NCBI GenBank assembly: GCA_025558095.1
Contig: JAIVFI010000001.1
Span: 1,364,001 to 1,428,000, forward strand
DNA length: 64,000 nucleotides
Origin: Hyaloraphidium curvatum SAG 235-1
Taxonomy: Eukaryota; Fungi; Monoblepharomycota
Reading direction: 5' to 3'
Below, in pieces: positions 42,161 through 53,532 of this stretch. Position numbers and translations under genes: made by a program. The notes under the pieces were generated by a model that saw nothing but the letters and a program-made list of their open reading frames with translations, was not told the origin of the DNA and searched no databases. Numbering within the stretch: position 1 is the stretch's first letter; each line of letters opens with the position of its first letter.

Positions 42161-44943
42161 CTACCGCTTGGCCGCAGAAGCGTCGGCGATTGCCTTATTG
42201 ACCAACGCCTTGCTCGAGTTAACGTGATCGGTCATCTGTGGAGGCGTCGCGTTCAGCTCGAGCCACATTGACCCGCTCACTTCGATCCTCACCCTCGGCT
42301 CGGACGCGTACGGAGCGCAGACCGTCTCAATCTCTGTCCTGCAGGCATCCCAGACGCTCTGGTTGGCACTGGGCGCCCAAATCTTGTCAAGGATGGCCTT
42401 GGTCTGCAGGTCGAGCGTGACGTGGCTCTGCGCCAGGTTCGCGGCGTCGTTCACCGTCCGGCGGCAGTCCGCGGCGTGCTGCGCGAGGAGCGGGTTGGCC
42501 TCGGCGGGGGCCAGCACGGCGTTTGAGTCCGTGCGCAGCTTGTCGATCGCGGCCTGCGTCGTGGGCTGGACGGCGTAGAACTGGTTCAAACAGTTCTGTA
42601 CGTCGCTGTCGAGCTTCTGGTGCGCGGCGGTGTCATAGGCAGCTTGTGCCATGTTGTTCGTCGCGGCGCGGGCGTCGTTGGCGTGCGCAGTCAGCTGCAC
42701 ATCGTGTGAGCAAGTAGACACAGTAGTGCATGATGGAGATCGCACCTCCGGGTTGGCTGCGAAAGCATCCCACAGCGTGTTTGCCTCGGCCTTGAGGGAA
42801 TCCACCTGAGGGAGGTTGGTTCCGGCCGCAGCGAAAGCCGTCTCGTAGTGCTTGACCGAGTCGTCGATCCTCTTGTGTTCCGACGCCAGCGACGAGGTGT
42901 TGTTTGCCGCCGCGACCGCAGCATCCACGGTCTTGCGGGACTCGGCGGCGTGCTCCGTGAGCTGCGTGCCCAGCAAGAGATGAACACCGTGGATATCGAG
43001 ACCTCCCGCCCTTCCTTACCGCAGGGTTCTGCTCGGCAGTAGCTAGAATGGCATCAGCCTGCGCCTTGAGCTGGTTGATGGCATCCGGAGTGATTCCGGG
43101 CTGCGACAGGCCGACGACGATTGCGGTAATGTCCTTGTCGAGCTGCTCGTGCGCGGCCTTATCGTAGCCTGCCTGCGCCATCGACTCGATGCTTTTTCGG
43201 GCCTCGGCGACGTGGGCAGTCATCTGCAGCATGCTCGTCAGCATAGAAGGGGGGGAGGAACGTTTGCGCACACTGACCGCAGGGGTCGGGGTCCCCGCCG
43301 CGAAACTGTCAACGAACGCCAGCCCTTCCGCCTTCAGACGGTCTATCTCGGGGATGTTCGTCCCCGCGGCCGCAAAGGCGGCGTCGTACGCCTTGACGCC
43401 CTCGTCCAACCGCTTGTGCTCGGCATCCTCGTTGGTGGCCTGCTGGGCCGAAGCCACAGCCGAGTCCACGGCGCGCCTGCAGTCGGCCGCGTGGTCCTTG
43501 AGCTGCAAACGCCCCTCAGCAACAGGCGGCAAAGATCGCCTCGAAGCACCTACGACAGGGTTCTTCTCCGCGGTCGCCAGAATCGCGTTGGCCTGGTTCT
43601 GGAGGTCCGTGATCGTGGCCGCCGGCAGGGGGCCGGGCGCCGCCAGGGCGAGCAAGATCTTGGAGATGTCAGCGTCCAGCTGCGCGTGGGCGGAGGAGTC
43701 CACGGCTCCCTGCACCGCGGCGTCGACGGCCTTGCGTCCGTCCTCGCAGTGCGCCCTGAGCTGGATCAGCGCAAGGGGATCAGCTCCAGAAGACCGAGAC
43801 GCCCCTCGGATCGCTCACGCTCGGGTTGCGGGCAGCCGTTTCGTTGAACGTCACGTACGCTTCCTCCTTGATCTTGTTTACCTCCTCGAGGTTGGTCCCC
43901 GCGGCCGTGATCTGGGCCACGTACGACTGAATCTGAGCGTCGAGGTGGGCGTGCGCAGCAGCATCCTGCGCGCTGTTGAGGGCCTGGTTGATGGCCTGGT
44001 CCATGACCGCCTTGGCGTCCTTGGCGTGGGCTTTTGTCTGCGCGGGAACTCTGTCAGCAAGGTCGCACGACGGCGCGAGACGTGGAGCCCACGGATTCGT
44101 TCTGGAGGGGAGCCTCGACCGCCTTAGCTGCCTCATCTTTGCAACGGTAGATCGCGGTCGTGTCCGAGCCAGCAGCCGCCACCTTTTGCAGAATATCCTG
44201 GGTATCGGTGTCCAATTTCGCGTGCATGGCATTGTCGAGGGTCATCATGGCCTCAGCCACGTAGCGCTTGCCGTCATTCGCGTGGTCGATGAGCTAGACG
44301 TCCGACGCTCATGTTCAGCGGAGAACAGTTATCCAAGGCACCCAGGACGACTTACAGCAGGGTTCTGGCACGCCTTCTCGAAGACCTGCGCGGACTCGAT
44401 CTGCACCTTCTTGACCTCGTCCATGTCCGTCGGGTTCGGAGGGGTGTTCTTGGCCAAAGTCTCCTGGTAACGCTTGATGTCCCTATTTGCAAAGATCTTG
44501 GGTCAAGAATCCACTCGACCGTCCGGTAGCTTACGCATCCAACTGGGCGTGCCCGGCGGCATCGATGGCCTCCTGATCCGGCCCACCCGGAACGGTCGGC
44601 GGCGGGTTGGTCACGCCCGGGTCGCCCGACCGCGGGATCTTGACGACCTGGCCGACCTGGAGGGCCTCGGGCTTGACCCCTGGCGGCAGGCGGGCCCGCA
44701 GCACGACGCCGGCGGATAGACCAGACCAGACCAGACCAGCACGTCAGCGCCGCGGTCCATAGAGGCATAGACGGCGAACGGACCGGGATTCGCCTTGACG
44801 ATGGCATCGACGGTGGTCTGGTAGCGCTCCGCGAGCTTCGTGAAGGTGTCGCCCGGCTGCGCGGTGGCGGGCCTCATCAGGAGCTCCGCCGGCCCGGAAT
44901 CGCGAATGAGACCCACCGCAATCGTGTGGTCGATCGTGGCCAT
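42161..44943 (-). CDS. LysM-domain protein with nine His-containing helical repeats; 12 exons
   Basis: Spliced LysM HTIAPGDTFTKLAERYQTTVDAIVKANPGVKPEALQVGQVVKIP; then repeats D..aH..LD..i......aaG.....I..lk..a..........NP.|L..H..D.R; 11 GT..AG introns restore one frame. Confidence 0.85.
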
Positions 44944-45376
44944 CGGAATCGTCGGCCCTGTTTGCGGATTCAAATGCGGAAACGGACCCCGGTTTGTCAC
45001 GGAAGGAAGGACCCGCGCCCGACGACCCTGACGGCGGGAGATGGCCGCCACCCGTCCGACGAATTCCGCTAATCTCCGTCCATCGGCGACAATAAAGAAT
45101 CTTATTTTGACTTCAAGGAGTCGCAGGATCAAGTTCCGGCGACAGCATCACTTCCAGGTATCGGATCGCATGAATGACGCGTCGTGGCACCGAAACCCAC
45201 CGCTGTCCGCCACGGCCGAACGGATGAAATGTAAAGGCACTCATCTTCTTTATCTTGGACCTGATCGATGTCGAGAAGTTCTGCAGTCGAAGCGATCGCG
45301 GTCAACCTGGAGTTGTCTCCCGCGGAGTTGAGCCATCACGCGGCCTCCCACAACTCATCTCCACGAATCCGGCGGG

Positions 45377-46321
45377 ATGGCTTCCGCGGCACGAATTCCG
45401 TACGATGAGCTCGGCCTTTTCCACGAGAACGCGGCGGAATACGGCCTGCCCTTCGGCTCGCCCCCCGCGGTGCGCCGCGAGTCCGTCGCCCTGCCGGACG
45501 GCCGCTCCCTTTCCGCGCTCGCGTGGGGCACCGGTCCGCCCGAAATCGTGTTCCTGCACGGCGGGGGACAGAACGCCCACACGTGGGATACAGTCGCCCT
45601 GGCGCTGCGGCCCCGTTCGCTGCTGTGCGTGGACCTCCCCGGCCACGGCCACTCGGACGGCCCGGGCGACGCGCAGAAAGGCGGCGCGGGCCCCGTCGGC
45701 GCGGCGGCGGACGTCGAAGTGGTCGTCAGGAAGCTCGCACCCGACGCCAAGGGGGTCGTCGGCATGTCGTACGGCGGGATGACGGCGGTCGCGCTGGCCG
45801 ACCGCGCGCCGGACCTGGTGCGCAAGCTCGTGCTCGTGGACGTGCTCCCGGGCCTCGAGGGCGGCCGCGGCAAGCACATCGTCGAGTTCATCAACGGACC
45901 GCCGACGTTCCCGACGTTCGACGACATCCTCGCCAGGACGATCAAGTACAACCCCACACGGTCGGAATCGAGCCTCCGCAGGGGCATCCTGCACAACGCG
46001 GTGCAGCTCGAGGACGGGAGCTGGGTGTGGCGGCATTCGCGGTGGCGGATCGCCGAGACGGAGGCGAAGCAGACGGAGGCAGGGGCCGACAAGCCACGGC
46101 CGATCGCGGCCGACCTGCTCGGTGCTCTCGGCAAGATCAAGGTGCCGGTGCTTCTCGCGCGGGGGATGAGGCCGGACTCGGTGCTGCGCGACGACGACGA
46201 GGAGAGGCTGAAGCAGGCGCTGCCCTCGGCCGAGGTGCTCCGTTTCCAGGAGGCCGGGCATTCCATCCAGGGCGACATGCCGGTGGAGCTGGCCAAGGCT
46301 ATCGGCGACTTCATCGGGTGA
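45377..46321 (+). CDS. Alpha/beta-fold hydrolase, intronless
   Basis: VFLHGGGQNAHTWD, VDLPGHGHS, VGMSYGG nucleophile, AGHSIQGD catalytic His. Confidence 0.9.
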   Translation: MASAARIPYDELGLFHENAAEYGLPFGSPPAVRRESVALPDGRSLSALAWGTGPPEIVFLHGGGQNAHTWDTVALALRPRSLLCVDLPGHGHSDGPGDAQKGGAGPVGAAADVEVVVRKLAPDAKGVVGMSYGGMTAVALADRAPDLVRKLVLVDVLPGLEGGRGKHIVEFINGPPTFPTFDDILARTIKYNPTRSESSLRRGILHNAVQLEDGSWVWRHSRWRIAETEAKQTEAGADKPRPIAADLLGALGKIKVPVLLARGMRPDSVLRDDDEERLKQALPSAEVLRFQEAGHSIQGDMPVELAKAIGDFIG

Positions 46322-46411
46322 TCTATGACTCTATGGCGAAAGAGGGGTCATGGTACAGCTGTCAGATGAAGGTGAATGATCATGCTTCTGCTTCTGATGA
46401 CGTGTCCCCGT

Positions 46412-48833
46412 TCACTTCGTCGGCGACGCGACCGGCGACCGCGGCGCCTGCGGCCACCCCGGCCCCGCCGAAACGGGCGACTGCGGCGGCGCCTGCACCA
46501 CCACCACGGGTCTCTGCCCCCACGTCCCCGCGTAGGCGAACGTCGGCGCGTACGCGGGGGAAAGCAGCTCGGCCTGCGCGACCTGCTGCCCCGCCAGCGA
46601 GAACGTCGAGCCGCCCCTGCTGCCCGCGGGGCCCGTGACGTAGACCACCGAGTCGGCGCGGGACATGGGGTCCACCAGCGGGCCGATGGGCCCGTCGGCG
46701 TACAGGATCGGGTCCGAGGTCGAGATGAGCGTCGGCACCCTCGACACGGGGGCGGCCGAGGGGTCCAGCTCGGCCATGCCGGCGGCGAAGGACTGCCGGA
46801 TGAGGTCGTTGGAGCTGGGAAGCTCGGTGCCTTCCTCGGGGAGGGGGATCGGGGGGGCGGGGGCGCGGCCCCACTTGCCGGCGTGGCGGGCGGGTTCCGA
46901 GAAGGAGTGCCTTGCAGGAATCGGGTGAGATCATGGGGGAAGAGCGGAAAGAGAAAATGCCCACCAATGGTACATAAAGAACTCCGAGCCGCCGATGAGA
47001 AAGCCGCCGCCGATGATGTTGCCCAGGAGCGCGGCAGACTGGTTGTACCAGAACCCGGCCCAGGTTGCCGTCAGTCCCGGTGGCTGGTAGTACAGTCCGA
47101 GGCTGGGGAAAGAACGTCAGGTGGCAGGCGAGCAACAGGCGCGAAGACCCACGTGATGAAGCTCATGTTGGCGATGCAGTGCTCGAACCCGATCGCCGCA
47201 AACTGTTCACAACAAACCAGTCAGACCCACGAACTCCCGATCGCGCAACGCCCCTCCACCCACGCAGAAGATGGGGACCCACATCCCGATGATCTTGCCC
47301 GTCACGTCCCGCGCCGCCAACCCCATGAAGATCGACAGGCACACGAGCGCATTGGCCGGGATCGCGCGGACGAAGATCATGTACCACGGCATCGAGGTCT
47401 TGGAGTTGGCCACGGTCGCCAGGAAGCTCAGATACGGCTGCGTGCCGTAGATGTTGGTGACGTAGCCGAAGAGGAAGGCGAAGAAGAAGGCGGCGCCCAT
47501 GTTGGAGACGTAGACGAGGGTCCAGTTGAGCAGGACGTCGAGGAAGCGGACCTTGCCGTTGAAGAAGGCGACGAGGCTGGGACAAAGGATAAGCCGCGAC
47601 CAACGTCGGAGCGGGCAGCCGAACCCACAGAATCATGGTGTTTCCGGTGAAGAGCTCACCGCCAAACAGCACGATGAACTGGCGGCGCGAGGATCAGTAC
47701 GGTCCGTCGATGCAGGCGCGCAATACCCACGAAAATCCCGACTGGGAAGGTAGCGCCGATGATCAGCTTCATGACTCCGGGGTACTCGGCGCGGAACTCG
47801 GCCGGTAATCCCCCTCCGGTCGCAATTGCGAAGGCGGCGCCGCAGAAGGTGAAGAAGCCCGCGAGCGCCCCCAGGAACAGCGTCTTGTCCCACGGGATCC
47901 GCGACTTTTCCACCCCGCGCTTCAGGATCATGGTCTCGAGGGCCTTGCCCATGTTGATGTCGTGCTCCTTTGCCGGGGCCTTGCCCGGGGTCGCGAGCTC
48001 CCCCGCCGAGCCGGTCATGTCGACCGCGGTCTCGGCCGGCGCCGCGTTGGCCGTTTCGGGGCTGACGTCCTCGTCGGCGGCCCGCGGACGGCGCTGCGTC
48101 AGCGTGGCGGCGGTGTAGGTGATCTCGGGCGGCGCCTCCGCGTCCGCCGCCTCGCCCGTGTCGATCCTCGCGGGGGTCGGCGTCCTCGGCGCCGCCGGCA
48201 CGGGGGTCCTGCCGCGGGTCGGCACCCGCTCCGCATCCGGCGCCGGGCTGGGCGTGTGGCCCGCGGAACCCGAGTCCTCGCGGGGCAGGGCGCCCGTCTC
48301 GCGCAGCCGGTCGACGTGCCGGGCGATGGCCTCGAGGTGGTACGCCGCCTCGCCGGCCGGGGTCGGCTTGCGTGCGGGGAGCGTCTGGGCGCCGAACGGG
48401 CGGGCCGAGGAGGGGCGCGAGCGCTCGCGGTCGAGGGTTGCGACGACGGCGGGGTCGTGGGTCTGGGCGGTTTCCGAAGGGGAATCCCGGATAGGAAATA
48501 AATCCAATGTCGAGTGTTCCCAGCAGTTTAGATCAATTAATGCGGTGCGCAGGGCGGCCGGGGGAACCGGGGGCGCGGGTCAGGCACCGAGTCGGGCGGC
48601 CCGTGCGCCGCACCCACCGCTCCGACGGCGCGCTCGCCGGCCTCCTGCACGCTGCGCGGCCGCGCAAAGTCGACGTCCGGGTGGACGTGCCGCGCGTGGA
48701 GCGTCAGCAGGAAGTTCGGGTCGAACGGCGCCGCGGCCGGCTGCGACGGGATCAGCGGCGGCGGCGTCTCCGTGTGGTCCGGGGCGGCGGCGCCGGCCGC
48801 CGAGGCGTCCGATTTCGAGGCAGAGACGTCCAT
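46412..48833 (-). CDS. Formate/nitrite transporter (FNT family) with long disordered termini; ~7 exons
   Basis: GATFPVG, GGELFTGN, AIPANALVC, GKIIGMWVPI, GFEHCIANM, LGNIIGGG; first exon probably 48833-48590 spliced to 48464. Confidence 0.9.
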
Positions 48834-48991
48834 TGCGGCCCGAGGCGGGGTATTTGGCACTCTTGGGACGCGCAGGGGTATTCGAGGAGAAAGCAGGTTT
48901 TCGAGGGTGGCGGTGCGACAATCAGGTGGCGCTCGGATCTACTCGGAGAAGCAGAAGCTGACTCCAACCGAAGCATGTTCCGGACTTCGAA

Positions 48992-50503
48992 TCACGGCAG
49001 CGCGGTCCCATTTGCCCTCTCCCGCCCCGCCGCACCCCCCTCCTCGCCAACGTCCAGCGGATCCAAATCCAGCACGTCCATATCGAAGCTCCCCGACCGC
49101 CCGCCAAAGATCCCCCTTGCCGGCATCGCCTCCCCGTCCCCGTTGGGCACATCCAGCATCCTGTACCCCTCCTCATCCGCCGCCGCCGCGGTCCCGCCCG
49201 TGTCGTCGCGCGGGCCGAGCCACATGCCGCCCCAGAACCAGACCCAGCCGACGATCGCCGCCGCGAAGCCCGCGACGGCGGCCAGGTACGCCGCGCCGTC
49301 GATCGACAGCACGAGCAGCACATCCACCCATTCATCGTACGCGCTCATGAGCACGAGACCCGCGCAGAGCACGAGGAACGAGGCCAGGTGGTCCAGGTGG
49401 GCCAGCGCGGGGGCCAGCGCGAGTGCGCGCGCGCACGCGGCGAGGAAGAGCAGGGCGCCGAAGGAGGTGTGCAGCACCGCCGACAGCGAGGTGAACTGCG
49501 CCGTGTGCTGCGAGAGCACGTAGCCGACCACGGCGAAGGAGATGGCGGGGAGGAGGTTGCGGTGAGGCGCGGCCCCCGGCTCGGGGGGAGGAAGACGCCG
49601 CGAGATGACGTGCTGCACGGCCAGGCCGGCGAAGCCGCCGACAAAGAGCACGGCGCCGACGATCCAGTGTTCCTGGTTGCGGTGCGAGCGCGGATCGAGC
49701 TCGATCTCCTCCGTGAACATCGTTATGCAGCCCAGCAGGATCAGGCCCAAACTCTCCAGCGTTTCGTTGGACAGCGAAAGCGGGCCCGATTGCGTGCGCA
49801 GGAGGCCGAGCGATCGCAGGATCCAGAAGGCCGCCAGCTTGATGAGCAGGATGCCCTTGACAAAGTGCGATACGGCGGATCCGGGGTGCCACCAGTAGCC
49901 GAACCTGGCGGCGGCAATGATTCCGAGCAGCACCTGCCACGGCGCCGAAAGCACTAGCACGGGCGCCAGCACCGCGTGGGCCCGCGCCAAGAGCACTTCC
50001 CCCCGGGCCGCGGGATCCCCGCCCGATCTCCACGGCTTCGGCAGCCTCAGTATCGGATTCCACTTGGCCAGCCTGCCCGGCAGGTCCCACGCCGAGCCCG
50101 TCGCCCGCCAACGCCTCAGGTTCCGCACCGCGCCCACGGCCGCCTGCCCGAACGACAGCAGCACCATCACCCAGCCGAGCAGCTTGTGCAACCAGGCGGA
50201 CTGGCTGACCACGCGAAAGTCCCCCTTGAGGAGCCACAGCGCCAGCAGGCCCAGCACCGGGCCGCCGACGGCGGACAGCATCCCCAGGAGCGGGTGCAGA
50301 GGCCACTTGCGCCTCCCGGCGACGACAACGAGCGGTGGCAAAAGAACGAAGGCCAAGGTCATGATCGTTCCGTGGGCAAGCACGCTGCGGTGCCACAGCG
50401 GCAGCGGGCCTTCCACGCGGAGCTGCCACTCGCGGTCCTTGGCAAACTGCGGCACGTCCGAGGACATGTGGCCGCCGTGGCCGCTCCCGTCGGTCGAGTT
50501 CAT
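48992..50503 (-). CDS. YTP1: YTP1-like multi-pass membrane protein (DUF2427/Ytp1, cytochrome-b561-like His pattern), intronless
   Basis: AHGTIMTLAF, LHP, LHKLLGW, AHAVL, VSHFVKG, QEHWIVGAVLFVGGFAG, NLLPAI..VLSQH..Q...SAVLHTSFG. Confidence 0.75.
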   Translation of the reverse strand: MNSTDGSGHGGHMSSDVPQFAKDREWQLRVEGPLPLWHRSVLAHGTIMTLAFVLLPPLVVVAGRRKWPLHPLLGMLSAVGGPVLGLLALWLLKGDFRVVSQSAWLHKLLGWVMVLLSFGQAAVGAVRNLRRWRATGSAWDLPGRLAKWNPILRLPKPWRSGGDPAARGEVLLARAHAVLAPVLVLSAPWQVLLGIIAAARFGYWWHPGSAVSHFVKGILLIKLAAFWILRSLGLLRTQSGPLSLSNETLESLGLILLGCITMFTEEIELDPRSHRNQEHWIVGAVLFVGGFAGLAVQHVISRRLPPPEPGAAPHRNLLPAISFAVVGYVLSQHTAQFTSLSAVLHTSFGALLFLAACARALALAPALAHLDHLASFLVLCAGLVLMSAYDEWVDVLLVLSIDGAAYLAAVAGFAAAIVGWVWFWGGMWLGPRDDTGGTAAAADEEGYRMLDVPNGDGEAMPARGIFGGRSGSFDMDVLDLDPLDVGEEGGAAGRERANGTALP

Positions 50504-51561
50504 CGTCTGTTGTCCGAGTACGGCGGTAGGGAGGTGTCCGAGGCGGGAAAAAGGGCCCCTTGCGGGTCCGCAGATCCTCGTCGGCGGAGGGTCGGCCGGC
50601 GGTTCCTAGGCGTCCAGGGCCCCAATTGGCCCGTCCGGGGCGCCAAGAGCGATCGCAGGAGCAAGAAAACAACCCCGCTTTTGGGAGAAGTGGCCCGGGG
50701 TGCGCTCGCTCTCCGTACTCGGTTCGCGGTTTGGCCGAGGTCGGCGAGGGTCCCGCTCCGCCCTGTTCCGCCAAAAGCACTTCCAGGCAGGCTCCGAACT
50801 CGCACCGAGCTCGCCCACACAGGCCTCTCGGCTCTTTTCGGAGCTCTATTGCTGTTTGGCCGCCGTCGCCGGAAGTTCCGGTCGCGGGGGACGTTTCCCG
50901 GTTCGGCGGTGATTCACCGATCTGGTGCCCGGCGGTGGGCGCTCCAACGGCGCCATGAGCGGGTCCGCCGGACAGCGGTCCGACTCGACCACCAATATAT
51001 CTTCATCTCCCTTGAAGGAGGGCGCGAGCACCGCCGTGTGGGAGTGCACCAGTGGGTTGGCCCGCCGCTCCCACTTCGACTCTCTCACCCCGCCCCCGCT
51101 CCCCCTCCTTCCGCGGCACCAGAGTGCGGGACCCCGTGGACGGGTCCCAAGGCGCGGCAGAGCCCGTTCGAGCTGACGATCCTGTGCGCCATCTGCGGCG
51201 GGCGGATGTTCGAGAGGGTCCGCAAAAGGCGGCTGGTCGTGGTGTCGTGGGTCGCCAGCGTCCCTCGGTGCGCATGTCTGGCACTGATTGCTATGTGTTG
51301 CAGTGCCAGATAGTGGAATGGCGCTCTCGGTTCGGTGGGGGCGTCGATGCGGCATGTCCCCCACCGCCGTTCTGTAGACGAGAGGCCGCGTAGCTGCAAA
51401 TCAAAACCGTTTCCTCTCTTTGTGCATCTTTCGCCGCCTTTGCCTTCGATCTCGCCTCAACCGAAGCTGGATGGTGATCACACGAAGGGGTGGACCCCGC
51501 TGCGCCGCCTGAATCCCTGCTCCCTGGAATCCCAAGTCGGAGCCCACACCGCGCAACCACG

Positions 51562-53300
51562 ATGGCGGCCCCCGCGCAGCACGCGGACGTCATCTATGTC
51601 GGCAACGCCATCACGATGGTCGACGGCGCGCCGCGCGCCGAGGCGGTGGCCGTGTCGGGCGGCCGCATCCTCGCCGTGGGCCCCCGCGCCGCAGTGGAGG
51701 CGCACAAGGGGCCGGCGACCGAGGTCCACGAGCTGCCGGCCGGCACCGTGCTGCTGCCGGGCTTCGTGGACCCGCACAGCCATTTCTTCAACTCGCTGGC
51801 GACGTCGGAGCAGGTCAACATTTCTGCGCCCCCAGTCGGGCCGTGCAAGACCGTCAAGGACATCGTGGAGGAGCTCAAAAAGGGTGCCGTGGACCTGCCG
51901 GGGCCCGATGTCCTGATCGGCTACGGCTACGACGACTCCATCTTCGGGCCGCTCACGGTGGACGACCTTGACCCCGCTTTCCCCGACCGGCCGGTCCTCG
52001 TGATGCACGTCTCGCTCCACGGCGCGGTGCTCAACTCCGCTGCGATGGCAAAGTACGGCATCACCAAGGACACCGTGACGCCCGAGGGCGGCATCATCGT
52101 CCGCCGGCCGGGCTCCAACGAGCCCCTGGGCCTCGTCATGGAGACGGCCTTCCTGCCCGTGTTCTCGAACCTCCCGCACCCGGGACCGGAAAAGCTCCTG
52201 GAGCTGGTCAAAAAAGGGCAGATGCTCTATGCTGCAGCTGGGGTGACGACGGCGCAGGAGGGCGCCACCAACCTGGGCCAAGTGGAAGTGCTCAAGAAGG
52301 CCGCCGCCGCGGGAGCGCTCTTCATCGACGTCGTATCGTACCCCTTCATCGCCTACGCCGAGCAAACGCTGGCAAAGTACCCGGCCGAGACGTTCGGCAA
52401 GTACGAGAACCGGCTCAAGCTCGGGGGGATCAAGATCACGATGGTGGGCCGCGAAATGTTTGGCGGTCGGCGGACTCGCTGACCCTCCTACCCTCAAAGG
52501 ACGGCTCGCCCCAGGGTCGCACGGCCTACTTCACCACCCCGTACCTCGAAGGCGGTCCCTCCGGCCAGGAGAACTGGTGCGGCGAGCCGACCTTCTCGCA
52601 GGACTTCTTCAACGGCGCCCTGAAAAAATGCTACGATGCCGGGCTGCAGGCCCTGTTCCACGCCAACGGCGACGCGGCGATCGACATGGTCATCAAGGGG
52701 CACGAGTACGCCGCAGCGGGCTCGCTGGACAAGGACAGGAGGTCGGTGGTGGTTCATTCGCAGTTTGTCCGCAAGGACCAGCTGCAGAAGTACGCCGAGT
52801 ACAAGGTTCGCCTCCGCCTCTGTCGCATCCGGCCTCGCTGACGTTGCCCGCAGCTCCTGCCTACCATGTACACCGAGCACACCTTCTTCTTCATGGCCGC
52901 ACACGTGCGCAACCGGGGCGTGGAGCAGGCATCATACATCAGCCCCATGCGGGACGCCCTGGACCTTGGATTACGTGTTACCAATCACACTGACTTCAGC
53001 GTACTCCCCATTGATCAGCTCACGACGGTTTGGAGCGCTGTGAACCGGGTGGACCGCGAGGGGAAGGTGCACGGGCCGGACCAGTGCATCACGCCGTGGG
53101 AGGCCCTCAAGGCCATCACCGCCGACGCCGCGCACCAGTACTTCGAGGAAGACAGCAAGGGCACGCTGGAGCCGGGGAAGCTGGCGGACCTGGTGGTGCT
53201 GGACCGGGACCCGCTGACGGTAGACCCGATGGAGATCAAGGACATCAGGGTGCTCGAGACGATCAAGGAGGGCAAGACGATCTACAGGCGCAAGGAGTGA
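51562..53300 (+). CDS. Amidohydrolase_3 (YtcJ-like) metallo-hydrolase; 3 exons
   Basis: AEAVAVSGGRILAVG, LLPGFVDPHSH, HVSLHGAVLNSAA, IKITMDGSPQGRTA, HANGDAAID, TNHTD, KGTLEPGKLADLVVLD; introns ~52444-52499 and 52806-52851. Confidence 0.92.
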
Positions 53301-53532
53301 ATGTATCTAGCATCCTTATTCTAGTTTCTTGAAGGAGATCCAGACACTCAACCTCGAGCGCTGCTTCGAGGGAGCAGCTGGGATTCGGAGGCCAAGTCAT
53401 CAACCAAACAGCAACCCGGCGGAGCCCGTGTACACGCTCCTCGCCAAGATAACCTCCTCCGTCGGTTGCCGTCTGCTCCGTCTCGCCTCTGCCCTCCGCC
53501 CGGGCGCCCGAATCGCGCGGATTTCGGCCGCC

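Noticed and set aside
44718-44740. (CCAGA)n microsatellite
   Set aside because: Only ~4 units inside an intron of the LysM gene; no evident significance.
48537-48860. Independent small gene upstream of the FNT transporter
   Set aside because: Better explained as FNT exon 1, since a phase-0 intron joins ...PPDS to THDP...
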